From Selaginella moellendorffii (Eukaryota > Plantae > Lycopodiophyta): a stretch of 64,000 nucleotides of DNA. Positions 25,601 through 35,839 of this stretch are shown piece by piece. The notes under the pieces were generated by a model. That model did not search any database. It saw nothing but the letters and a program-made list of their open reading frames with translations, and was not told the DNA's origin. Location of the stretch: the NCBI RefSeq assembly GCF_000143415.4, contig NW_003314269.1, positions 3,601,969-3,665,968 on the forward strand, in the 5' to 3' direction. The position numbers and the translations under genes are program-made. Position 1 is the stretch's first letter; every line of letters starts with the position of its first letter.

Positions 25601-26661
25601 AAGGTCCTCCCAGGGTGGTATATGTGGACGAGGACTATGGATCAAAATGGGTGGACAGTGAAGGCAAAGGCATCGGCAGGATGAAGCCCGTCAACTCCGA
25701 CGAAGACAGCGTCGACATGTCCGTCTCCAAAGCGCACAAGCTAATAGGTGCTGCCAGAGTTTTCTACATCATGGCCGATATCGCAAGGCGTGCCACCCTG
25801 GGAATAGTCTTTGGAGTGCATCCTGGAAGCGAAGTCTCGTGGAGGCAGCTCTCTCTGGCGCTGGCAGTCACTCTGATCCAGCTTCTTTACCTGGTACTTT
25901 TCAAGCCTTACATTCGGAGGGGCGTGCATTTGGTGGAGAGCGTGTCGCTGCTGTGCGAGCTTGCGGTTTTCAGCATCGGGATGGCCCTGTTACCCGACGA
26001 CCACTCGTCCGACAACCGGAGAAGCCTGGGCATCGCCATGGTGACGCTGCTGCTGTCGAGCTTCATGTGCCAGCTGATAAACGAGTGGTACGCGCTCATG
26101 GAGAAGCTGCTCAAGCTCTCGGCTCCCCAGGAGCCATCGTTCAAGGCGGGGATGAGGATGCTGGGGAAAGGACTGGTTTTTCCATTCATCCCGCAGAGAA
26201 AGTGGCCCAAGTTCATCACTCCTCCGCAGCAGCCGAGGATCGGACTGGTCCCCGTGGTGCATCTCAGCCCGTCCCCGGACTTCCAACAACGCAGCAAAGT
26301 TCTTCCCTCGAGCTCGCCGATCTCCTTCACCGAGACGGGCGGTCCGGCCTACGATCCAGGCTCCCCCTCGCTCGTCGATCCTCGCAGCCTGGGCCAGCAG
26401 TCGAGGGCTTCGTCCGGCTCCGGGAGGCTCCTCCAACCAGCGGGATCGTTCCACAAGGTTCCAGGCCATTGGTCGAGGTCGGTGTCGTTCGAAGGCAAGA
26501 AGACGAGGCCGTCGAGGTCGGACACGAACTCGAGCGAGCTGAAAACTCTGCGCGAGCTGGCCAGGGCCAGCTTTCCAGGCTCTAAGAGGGAGGAGCAGCA
26601 GCAGAGCAGCGCCATGGATTCAAGCCAGATAGGTGCCGAGGATCATCACGGCACGAGCTGA
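22677..26661 (+). CDS. Large signal-peptide protein with Ig-like beta-rich repeats and a multipass C-terminal membrane domain
   Basis: Signal peptide MASLLWILSLLSG. Ig-like segments GDHVFEV..YNWTVD, DLAGNKF, IEFSEPV and DIAGNPN, followed by many hydrophobic helices and a Ser/Pro-rich tail. About 12 exons with GT-AG borders. Resembles a conserved uncharacterised plant family (At3g48200-like, from memory). Confidence 0.8.
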
Positions 26662-26869
26662 GCGAGCTTACCAACACACAACTTTTTTGTAACTCTACAA
26701 AGGATTTATTGTAAAGTGTTATTAGTCATTCCGTTGGAAAATGGAGGACCAGCGCATGTTTCGATCCCGTGAAGAACTCGTTGTTTCTGGAATGGCAGAA
26801 AAGGGAGAAAACAGAAATAGATCCTGAGCTACCTCCATCAAACGCTGAATGCGGCCAAGTCGATCTAGA

Positions 26870-27390
26870 TGTGATCACGCACGATTTCCTGCGGCTTAGC
26901 ATTTCGCTTCTAACGCACTTCCAGCACTGGAGCGAGCCGAGTCTCCGTGGATCCACTCTCTCCTTGATCGCCTTGAGCCGCCGAGTACTTCTCCCCGAGG
27001 AATGCGTCCTGCCAGCCTCGTTCTTGTAGCATCCTCCGCCGGGTGTGATGTTGCGGAGATGAGGTAAGAAACTGGAAGATTTGCTGCCGCTCCTCTACAG
27101 TCGTGCTGTCGTTCCAGGTCCTGGAGAGGCTAACACGCCACAGAGCCTCCCTCCAAGGCAGCGCTGCATGGTGGTGACGCCCGAGTAGTGTCAAAACCCG
27201 GAGTTGTTCCGGGCTCTCAAAGGTGGCGGACTTTTGGCGCCATTGTTTCCGTGACATACTGGACTTTCCCTGGTCTTGAACTCAGCTTACGTGCAAACTC
27301 TGTTTGTTGCTGCGTCTGCCACTCGTTGGGATCTAGTTTGTGGAAGTCACACCTTCCTTGGGTTGCTGGCTACTTCTACCTCTACACGAA
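26870..27390. pseudogene. Rearranged pseudogene of the FAD-linked oxidase: minus-strand C-terminal fragment plus a plus-strand internal fragment
   Basis: About 26910-27155 (-) matches WREALWRVSLSRTWNDSTTVEERQQIFQFLT...LFQCWKCV. About 27190-27390 (+) matches NPELFxALKGGG..FGAIVSVTYxTFP..YVQTLFVAASATR..LAGYFYLYT. Both have deletions and frameshifts. Confidence 0.85.
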
Positions 27391-28235
27391 ATATCGGCAG
27401 CATGAAAGAGAGGATGGTGAACGAACATATTTGCTTCTTTTTATGTTTCCACAATCCCAAATTTACCTGGAAAATCAAAATGCTCCTCAGAGCTTTTATT
27501 TACTGACTCTATTATTCAAGCAAAGACAAAACACTACATGAAGACTTGTGGTGGGGATTCATGCCAAGACTTGCCTGCTCAACTTCTACAGGAAGACCTG
27601 GATCAAGTCTAGTGTATGTAAATACTTGCAAAGGCTCTTCTAAACATTGGAGCTATTGGAGCTAACAACAACCCAACAGAAGAGGGAAAAAAATAAAATA
27701 AAAATGGAGAACAAAAGTTGTAAAAAAGATGCAAATTTCCATGGAAAGATCCCATGCAAAGCAAACAGAAATATTGAAGATTTAATTGTGAAAAAATTTC
27801 TATTGGCCTGTGGCTTGATGCCTACAATAGAACACAATGATCTGGAACCACAATGCCTATAATTTTCATAAAAACCAAGCTTTATGAAATTTTCTGATGC
27901 AACCAAAAGGAAACAACTTGTATTCCTTGTAAGTAAGATGTAAGCTACAATCCACCACGCTTACAATCCATCATGCTTTATGTAAGTTTCCTTTAATATG
28001 GACTTTGGCTACTTATATACATTCCTTGTAGATATAAAATTTTAAATCCACCATGTTTCATGCAAGCACCACACTTATTTGCAAATTCACTCTTTAATTT
28101 TGACTGCCTGCAAAATTACCTATCCTCAAAAGACATGTAGCTTCTAACCCTAAACTTTCATAATTATATAGCTGTCATTGTTTTTCGTGCTCCGAAAACA
28201 AATGTATTACTTTTATTTAGGGCTCTAGTCGGGGT

Positions 28236-30002
28236 CTATGTGAGTGAGGTATGTTGCGATTTTCGATTTCCTGCGGCTTTGCAGTTGCCTTGGACCAGAT
28301 TTTCGCTTCCAACGCACTTCCAGCACAGGAACAAGCGGGTTGGATCCACGCTCTCCTTGATCGCCTTGAGCGCCGAGTACTTCTCCCCGAAGAACGCGTC
28401 CTGCCAGTATGGCTCGAAGTAGTCCGCCTCGTTCTTGTAGCACCCTCCGCCGGGCGTGATGTTGCGAAGAATGTCGTCGGTCGTGGTAAGATACTGGAAG
28501 ATTTGCTGCCGCTCTTTCACAGTCGTGCTGTCGTTCCAGGTCCGGGAGAGGCTGACATGCCACAGAGCGTCCCTCCAGACAGCGCTCAGGGAATTGTTCC
28601 TGCCCTGGACGCTCGCTGCCGCGCCTCCAAACACGAACAAGCCGAAGATGGGACTGAAGCTCCGCTCGAAGAGAATTCTCACGAGGGCGTTTGTCAGCAC
28701 CGCCGGTGAGTCCTGGATGATCGTCCTGGGCATGAACCGCGTTGCCAGAGCCCGAGGCGCGCCTGTTAGATCGGTGCACACTCCGGGATTGGTCGCGCAG
28801 AGGACTCCGTCGTGCCACTGGACGAAGTTTGGATACGAGGTGACGGTGTAGGTGATGACGAGGAGCTGGGGATGCCCCTCGACGTAGGAAACCAGGGGAG
28901 CAAACGCCGCCCGTGCCTCCGCGGCTGTTCCATTCGGCAGCACGAAAGAGAGGGTGATATAGTTCGTGTAGAGGAAGAAGTAGCCGGCAAGCCGAGCTTC
29001 GTCCATGGAAGGCGTGACTTCCACAAACTTGGCGATCAGATCTTCGTGGCTGGAGCGAGTGGCAGACGCAGCGATGAACAGAGTCTGGACGTAGCCGAGC
29101 TGGAGATCAGGGAAAGTCCGGTACGTCGCGGAAACAACGACGCCGAAAGTTCCTCCGCCGCCACCTTTGAGAGCCCAGAACAGGTCCGGGTTTCGGCACC
29201 GGTTGGCTACTCGGACTCGTCCATCAGCCGTCACCACCGTGAACTCGAGAGCATTGTCAGCAGCGTAGCCGAAAGTCCGCGACAAAGGCCCGTGGCCACC
29301 GCCTTGGACGAAGCCTCCGGCAGCACTCGGGGAGGATCCCATCGGCCCGACGGCAACCCGGTTCCTCTGGCGCAGAAAGTCGTAGAGGAAGTCCCAAGTA
29401 ACACCAGGCTGGGCAGTCACAGCAGGGACCGGATCACTTACTGGACAACTTTGCGGAACGAAAGAGTCGTTCGTGAAGATGTTTGTGAGATGGTGGAGCC
29501 AGATGCACAGCGAGCCAGGCGCAGTGCTCCGGCCAAGCCAGTCGTGCCCGCTCGATTTGATCACCAGCCGCAAGTTATACTTCTTGGCGAAGACGACTCC
29601 GGCCTGGATGTGAGACACACTGGAAACGTTGATGGCGTAGATGGAGACGTCGTCTTGGTAGCAGGGACTGGAAAGAGCGCCGGTTCCATTCAGCGGGCAG
29701 CCGAAACCGGTGATGCCGGACTCCCAGTTCGGATACTGCATAGCTCCGACAACCTCGCTCCTCGCGAACGGATTGTTTTGGAGCTGCCTAGCAGCGCTGC
29801 AAGCGACCGGATCGTATTGCGGAGTGTGGCACGGCCAGGCGTATGGCTTTGGTGCGAGGAGGCGGCCATCGATGGAGCGATTGAAAGCTGACCAGATTGT
29901 GGAGCTTGGCCAGCAGGAGCTCCGAGGCGTGCATTTGCAGCTGCTCTCTCCATAGCTGCTAAGCAGGAGAGAGAGAAGAATCAGATGAAAGGACAATTCC
30001 AT
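28236..30002 (-). CDS. Secreted FAD-linked oxidoreductase (VAO/BBE superfamily, fungal-type), copy 1, intronless
   Basis: 588-aa ORF. Signal peptide, CKCTPRSSCWPSSTIWSAFNRSIDGRLL, RLVIKSSGHDWLGRS (covalent-FAD His), GGFVQGGGHGPLS, DLFWALKGGGGGTFGVV, and BBE C-terminus YKNEAD..WQDAFFG..LKAIKESVDP..LFLCWKCVGS. Confidence 0.93.
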   Translation of the reverse strand: MELSFHLILLSLLLSSYGESSCKCTPRSSCWPSSTIWSAFNRSIDGRLLAPKPYAWPCHTPQYDPVACSAARQLQNNPFARSEVVGAMQYPNWESGITGFGCPLNGTGALSSPCYQDDVSIYAINVSSVSHIQAGVVFAKKYNLRLVIKSSGHDWLGRSTAPGSLCIWLHHLTNIFTNDSFVPQSCPVSDPVPAVTAQPGVTWDFLYDFLRQRNRVAVGPMGSSPSAAGGFVQGGGHGPLSRTFGYAADNALEFTVVTADGRVRVANRCRNPDLFWALKGGGGGTFGVVVSATYRTFPDLQLGYVQTLFIAASATRSSHEDLIAKFVEVTPSMDEARLAGYFFLYTNYITLSFVLPNGTAAEARAAFAPLVSYVEGHPQLLVITYTVTSYPNFVQWHDGVLCATNPGVCTDLTGAPRALATRFMPRTIIQDSPAVLTNALVRILFERSFSPIFGLFVFGGAAASVQGRNNSLSAVWRDALWHVSLSRTWNDSTTVKERQQIFQYLTTTDDILRNITPGGGCYKNEADYFEPYWQDAFFGEKYSALKAIKESVDPTRLFLCWKCVGSENLVQGNCKAAGNRKSQHTSLT

Positions 30003-30404
30003 GGCTTGCTGGACTTCTCTTCCTTGTGCCTACTTAAAGCGTGTGTGGACCACAACACGATCACTTCGGCGACGTAAGTGTCCTGCCTTTTCTTCTTTCG
30101 CTCCAAAGTCTTTCATAACGACGCTTGGATTTAATCAGGTCTTGGAGTATATTGTCAAATGTGAGTTTCTTTTATGATCTTGGCAGCAGCCAAACCCGGA
30201 AGATATATTCGACCCAAAAATTCCAAGTGAAAGGTTTGATGCAAGTTCCACGTTGTTTTCGCTGGATGGTAAGCTAACATTTTCCAGACGTTTCAGCAAC
30301 GCCAGCACTGTCCTGTTTCGCGTATCGGTTTTGGCTAGCATTTATACTCGACTTTCCCGCGATAGAAATGGTAAGTCTCTTTTACTCTTGCGTAAGAACA
30401 ATTT

Positions 30405-32153
30405 CTAAGAAGCTCCACCTTGAACCAGGCTTTCACTTCCAACGCACTTCCAACACAAGAACAGGCCAGTCGGATCCACGCTCTCCTTGATGGCCTTGAG
30501 CGTCGAGTACTTCTCACCAAAGAACGACTCCTCCCAGTATGGCTCGAAGTAATCTCCTTCGTTCTTGTAACACCCTCCGCCAGGCGTGATGCTTCGAAAC
30601 AGACCATTCGTGGAGGTGAGACTTCGAGAAAACTGATATCGCTCCTCCACACTCGTGCTCTCGTTCCAGGTCCTAACGATAAGTACATGCCACAGAGCCT
30701 CCCTCCAGACGGCACTCAGGGCATTGTTCCTGCCTTGGACGCTCGATGCTGCGCCTCCAAACACAAACAAGCCGAAGATGGGACTGAAGTTACGTTCAAA
30801 CAGAACTCGCATGAGGGTGTCGGTCAGCACAGCTGGTGATTCCTGGAAGATCTTCTTGGGCATGAACCGCGTCGCGAAAAGCCCGCTTGTGCCGGTTGCA
30901 TCGGTGCACAGTACTGGATTGACTGCGCAGAGAACTCCGTCATGCCACTGGACGAAAGTGTCGTGGGAAGTGACGGTGTTGTTGACGACCGAGAGCTCCG
31001 GGTTCTTATCGACGTAAGAAACCAGGGGAGCAAACGCAGCCTGTGCTTCCGCGACTGTTCCATTCGGCAGCACGAAAGAGATGATTACGAGGCTGGTGTA
31101 GATGTAGAAGTAGCCGGCAAGCCGAGCTTCGTCCATGGCAGGCGTGACTTCCACAAACTTGGCGACGAGATCCCTGTGGCTCGAGGGGCTGGAAGACGCA
31201 GCGATGAACAGTGTGTGAAGGTAGCCAAGCTTGAGCTCAGGAAAAGTCCGGTACGTCGCGGAAACCACGACACCGAAAGTCCCTCCGCCGCCACCTTTGA
31301 GAGCCCAGAACAACTCCGGGTTTTGACACTGGTTGGCTACTCGGACTCGTCCATCAGCCGTCACCACCTTGAGCTCGAGAGTATTGTCAACAGCGTAGCC
31401 GAAAGTTCTTGACAGAGGCCCGTGGCCACCGCCTTGGACGAAACCTCCGGCAGCACTCAGGGAGGATGCCATAGGCCCGACGGCGACTCGTCCTCTGGGG
31501 TCGAGGAAATCATAGAGAGACTTCCAAGTTACTCCAGGCTGGGCAGTCACAGCAGCGAGCGGATCACTCCCCGGACAACTCTCGGGAACGAAGGAATCGT
31601 CCGTGAAGATGTCCGTGAGGTGGTGGAGCCAGATACACAGGGAACCAGCGGCAGTGCTCCGGCCAAAGTAGTCATGCCCGGTGGACTTGATCACCAGCCG
31701 CAAGTTAAACTTTCGCGCGAAGAGAACTCCGGCCTGGACGTGAGAGACGCTGGAGACGTTGATGGCGTACGCGGAGACTTGGTCCTGGTAGCAGGGAGTG
31801 GAAAGAGCGCCGCTTCCATTCAGCGGACAGCCGAGACCAGCGATGCCCGACTCCCAGGTTGGAGTTTGCATGGCCCCGACCACGTCGCTTCGCGCGAAGG
31901 GATTGTTTTGGAGCTGCCTAGCAGCGCTGCAAGCGGCCGGATCGTATTGCGGAGTGTGGCACGGCCAGGCGTATGGCTTTGGTGCGAGGAGGCGGCCATC
32001 GATGGAGCGATTGAAAGCCGACCAGAGTGTGGAGCTTGGCCAGCAGGAACTCCAAGGCGTGCACTTGTGGCCTCCATCGCTGCTAAGCAGGGAGAGTGGA
32101 CTTAAGATCGAAAGGAGGAGGAGGAGGAGACGAGCAGGATGGAAGAACTCCAT
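30405..32153 (-). CDS. Secreted FAD-linked oxidoreductase (VAO/BBE superfamily, fungal-type), copy 2, intronless
   Basis: 582-aa ORF, tandem paralog of 28236-30002 with the same motifs (KSTGHDYFGRS, ELFWALKGGGGGTFGVV, YKNEGD). Confidence 0.93.
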   Translation of the reverse strand: MEFFHPARLLLLLLSILSPLSLLSSDGGHKCTPWSSCWPSSTLWSAFNRSIDGRLLAPKPYAWPCHTPQYDPAACSAARQLQNNPFARSDVVGAMQTPTWESGIAGLGCPLNGSGALSTPCYQDQVSAYAINVSSVSHVQAGVLFARKFNLRLVIKSTGHDYFGRSTAAGSLCIWLHHLTDIFTDDSFVPESCPGSDPLAAVTAQPGVTWKSLYDFLDPRGRVAVGPMASSLSAAGGFVQGGGHGPLSRTFGYAVDNTLELKVVTADGRVRVANQCQNPELFWALKGGGGGTFGVVVSATYRTFPELKLGYLHTLFIAASSSPSSHRDLVAKFVEVTPAMDEARLAGYFYIYTSLVIISFVLPNGTVAEAQAAFAPLVSYVDKNPELSVVNNTVTSHDTFVQWHDGVLCAVNPVLCTDATGTSGLFATRFMPKKIFQESPAVLTDTLMRVLFERNFSPIFGLFVFGGAASSVQGRNNALSAVWREALWHVLIVRTWNESTSVEERYQFSRSLTSTNGLFRSITPGGGCYKNEGDYFEPYWEESFFGEKYSTLKAIKESVDPTGLFLCWKCVGSESLVQGGAS

Positions 32154-32517
32154 GCTCGGTAAAAACTTCCTTTGCTTCCATTCGCTAAGTAATGAGCAGT
32201 GTCACCCATGCAAGCAAGCCTGACTTTGATTGCATGGTTAAAGTAGAACACTAACATATTTGATAAACTAGTACCAAAATGATTATAGTTTCAGAGTTTA
32301 ATCGAAGGACAATACTTCCATGAGCTTCAAAACTAGTGTTCTTGGCGAACTTTTTTTTTTTTCAGGAAGGCGAGGAGAATGGAAGGACTCCATGCTCGGT
32401 AAGAACTTCTTTCGCTTGTTTCTGACTTTGATCGCACGCATGGTTGTTCTAGAGCTTTAATCGAAGGACAATACTTCCATGAGCTTCTAAACGAGTGTTC
32501 TTCATCTTGGCGAAGAA
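32125..32517. repeat. Tandem partial duplication of the oxidase copy-2 start/promoter region
   Basis: atggaa..actccatgctcggtaa.aactt occurs at ~32139 and ~32378. tttaatcgaaggacaatacttccatgagcttc occurs at ~32297 and ~32456. Confidence 0.8.
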
Positions 32518-32534
32518 AAAAAGCTGTTTTTTTT

Positions 32535-34060
32535 TCATCCTTTCCACACGGTTTTTGTTGGTGGCGAGCTTGGCTTTCCAACTGGATTGTCACTGTTCGC
32601 AGTGGTGCGCTTCTTTTCGGACTCGAGCAGAGCTCTGATGTTTGCGTCGATGCTGGAGAGCATTTGCTTGATATCACCCCGGCCCTTGCCTTGGACTTCC
32701 GGATCCTCGCATAAGTTGTGCATCTCGAGGAGCGTGTTTGCTAGCGCGCTTGGCACGTCTCTGTCTCTTTCCTTCTCTTTCTCCTTCGCAAAGCTCACGG
32801 AAGTGGAAGGGACTGATCTTCTCGGAGACTTTGGAGTGGCCGGAGAGGCCGGAGAGGCCGGAGATCGAGGGGACATGACGAGGCCGATTCTGGCCCTGGC
32901 ACGAAAAGATAAAGAAAAAAGTGTGAGAGATCATATCGTGCATGAGTGTTTTGCAAGGCACGGCACTGCGACTGCTTAGCTTACATGCGTTCCGCAGTGG
33001 GAGACGTCGGCGCCTGAGAGCTTTCGTCCTTTTTACTGCTCTGAAAAAACAAAAAAATAAACATGATTTCATTCTGGACGTGATCTTGAACGATCAGTTT
33101 CAACAAGAAAACAAGACCAAACTTGAGAGTGGCTGAAAGGGAGATCTAGAAACGTATAAACAAGAACAAAAAAATTCTAAAAGAAAGCGAAGAAAGTGAT
33201 TGTACCTTAACTGGGACTCCAGATTTCTGAATGACCGCATGAACATTGTCCAGGAGAACTTGCACATCTTTGTCCAGAGCATCGGTGCTTCCACCCGTGA
33301 CGTTCCAGCTTTCGCGTTCCAGGTCCTTCTGTAGCTTCCTCAGCATTTTCACCATGGATATGGTTTCTCCAAGGTCGTCACCCTGGAGGCTCACTTCTGC
33401 GCAAACGAGGAGACACAAAGAACACTATTTTTCAATGAGGCAAGAGCTGGCTACGAATGGAGGAAAGAAAATAAAAGAGCAAAGACGGAAAAAGTGTTAC
33501 TCGCCCCATAGACTTCCAAGCATCCATCCAACCGTGGCTTTCTTGCGGAGAGCTTTCACCTCGGCCTCGAGCTTCAACTTCGCCCAGTCGTCTCTCTTTC
33601 TTCGGTAACCAGTCAGTTCTTCCTTTTTCTGGAGCTCCTGGTTTAATTCTCGAATCTTGCTTTCGAGTTCCTGCAACAAAGAAAACTCCACGTTCGTTAG
33701 TTTCGCGAAGAACAAAAGAACTCAAGAAAGAAAACTCTCTAAGAGGAAGGAGAAGAAGTTCCTATCTCCCAAGAACAACCGAGAGCGCGCCAAGAACTTT
33801 ACTTTGACTCGCCTGGGTTCTCCGTCGTGCAGCCCATCGTGCTTGGATTTTGGCCCGGGTCCGAGCGAAAAACCCATCTCTAGCCTTTTCTTGAGCTCTT
33901 TGTTCTCCGCCTCGAGCGAGGTTTGCTTCTTCTGGAAATCCTGCTTTTGCTTGTCATAGACACCTTCCATGGATCGCAAGCACTCGGCAAGCTTGGCATT
34001 CCTCTTCTCATACTCGTCCGCAATCTCCTGCCTTATCTGGGAGAAAAAACTCTCCTCCAT
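32535..34060 (-). CDS. Multi-exon coiled-coil protein of unknown function
   Basis: E/K/Q/L-rich heptad exons at ~34060-33810, ~33670-33500, ~33400-33205, ~33040-32985 and ~32895-32535, with GT-AG borders. SP-repeat segment SPRSPASPASPATPKSPRR. The start may lie in an upstream exon. Confidence 0.65.
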
Positions 34061-34275
34061 GGCGATCAGCCCATGGCGATCTCATCCCACGCTCAAGATC
34101 CCTGTCCCTGAAACGATCGATCAACGAAAGACGAGAATGCGGCAGTGGCGCCACTCACCAGATCGCCTCGCGCTTCCTTCCCGGCTGTTAACAGTGTTCT
34201 TCCGGGGCGCCATTTAATGCGCTAAACCCTAATTTCCCTGGCTAGGGCAAATATTCGCGACTCTGGGGAGAAGCT

Positions 34276-35365
34276 ATGACGGAGGTAAGATCGCTGCTTG
34301 GCTGCTCGATTCTCGACTAGATCTTGAATGGAAATCGTGTGGGCGCAGTACTGGGTGAGCCAGGGGAACAAATGGTGCGAGTTTTGCCGGATTTTCATTG
34401 CAAACAATGCCGTGAGCATCCGATCGCACGAGCTGGGGCTGCGGCACAAGGACAATGTCGCGAAGAAGGTTTCGAAGATCCACAAGGACAGCATTAACAA
34501 GGAGAAGGAGGAGCTACGATCGATTAAAGAGCTGGAACACATCGAATCTGTAAGTCAAGGAGTTTTTCCTTTTCTTTCTGGAGCAGTGCTTTTGTGTTCG
34601 TCCCACTACTTAAGTGGTTTTTCTTTGTTTCCTTTTAGAAAGCAGTGAGGAAGTACCAGAATGACATTGCCGATGGCAATAGTTCTCTGGCGACTCCAAC
34701 GCTGACGGCCTCCAAGATTTACGAGTGTACAACATCTGGAAGCCAACATACTTACAGTGGCAAGAGCACAGTAGCTCAACGTTCTCAGATCGAAGAAGCT
34801 AAGCAAGGTAGGCTTTTGATTCTCTCCTTTTTTTCCTCGTTTTTCGTGGTTTTCTTACTGTTAATGTTTCTCCTCCCTTGTGTAGAATGGTTCAGTGATT
34901 CTGCTACAGGCTACCAGTTCAATCCAGCTACTGGTCACTACTTCGACCCGAAGTCTGGTTTTTACTATAGCGATGTTCTAGGTGAGGATACGTTTTGTTC
35001 TTTCCTTTTCCAAGTCTGACTTCTTGAGTGTGCAAACAATAGGACAATGGACAACCGAAGCAGAAGCTCTTAAAGCAGCCAGGCTTTCCAAATCATCCGG
35101 TGCTACTGTTTCAAAGAAAAACCTTCCTCCTGTGCCTGGCAAACTGGGATCGTCCAAGCCTCAACCAGCAGCCGACGTGAAGGGGAGGCCCTCGGCATTC
35201 GCGGTCACAGCAGCAGCCGCCAACAACAACAACAACAAGAGAAAGAGAGACAACCGGAAGCAAAACTCGACCGAGGAGGCCAGAGCTCAAGCGGAGCGAG
35301 AGGCCGCCAGGAAAAGAGTCCAGGAACGTGAGAAATCTTCGCTGGGATTGTACCAAGCTTACTGA
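34276..35365 (+). CDS. ZOP1: U1-type zinc finger and OCRE-domain splicing factor ZOP1-like
   Basis: MTE micro-exon (34276-34284) spliced to YWVSQGNKWCEFCRIFI...HELGLRHKDNV. OCRE-like GYQFNPATGHYFDPKSGFYYSD and C-terminal REAARKRVQEREKSSLGLY. Confidence 0.88.
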
Positions 35366-35839
35366 AACGTCACGGGTTGCGGAAGTGAGAAAACAGAGGA
35401 TGAGTAAATCGACAGCCAGAAGCAAGCTATTGCTTCCAAATCGATTGGATCAAGCCAAGTGTATGTATTTTACTTTTTTTCTTCCAGGTTTACGGACTAA
35501 ACTCTCAAAAAATTTCTCAGTTGTTCCAGGTTGATGAAAAATAAGTTCTCGATTCGAGTTCGCTTGTGCTTATTTCGTGATACACAGCTTCCCAGAATTT
35601 GGGAGAACTCAGGTGGCGAGTGGTGGAATCTGGACGGTTACAATGCCGGCACGTTGCGGAATAGCCAACGGCTGGGATCGCCGCCTTGACTCGTACGTTT
35701 TTCCGTACGCTAAAGAGAAGCTCCCTGCTTTGATTCCGAGTGTTTCGCGTTGGCACGAACTTTGTGTTTGAATGGGGGAGCGACGAGGAGCTAGGGTTTG
35801 GTGCGCCTAAAGATCTCTCGCGGCGTCATCGCCAATCCC

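Noticed and set aside
28812-29891. 359-aa plus-strand ORF, and similar ORFs at 30942-32105
   Set aside because: These are antisense shadows of the GC-rich oxidase genes, with no domain features of their own.
28236-32153. Fungal contamination as the source of the oxidases
   Set aside because: The genes sit among typical plant genes, with local decayed copies and duplicated flanks interleaved. Long-read confirmation is still advisable.
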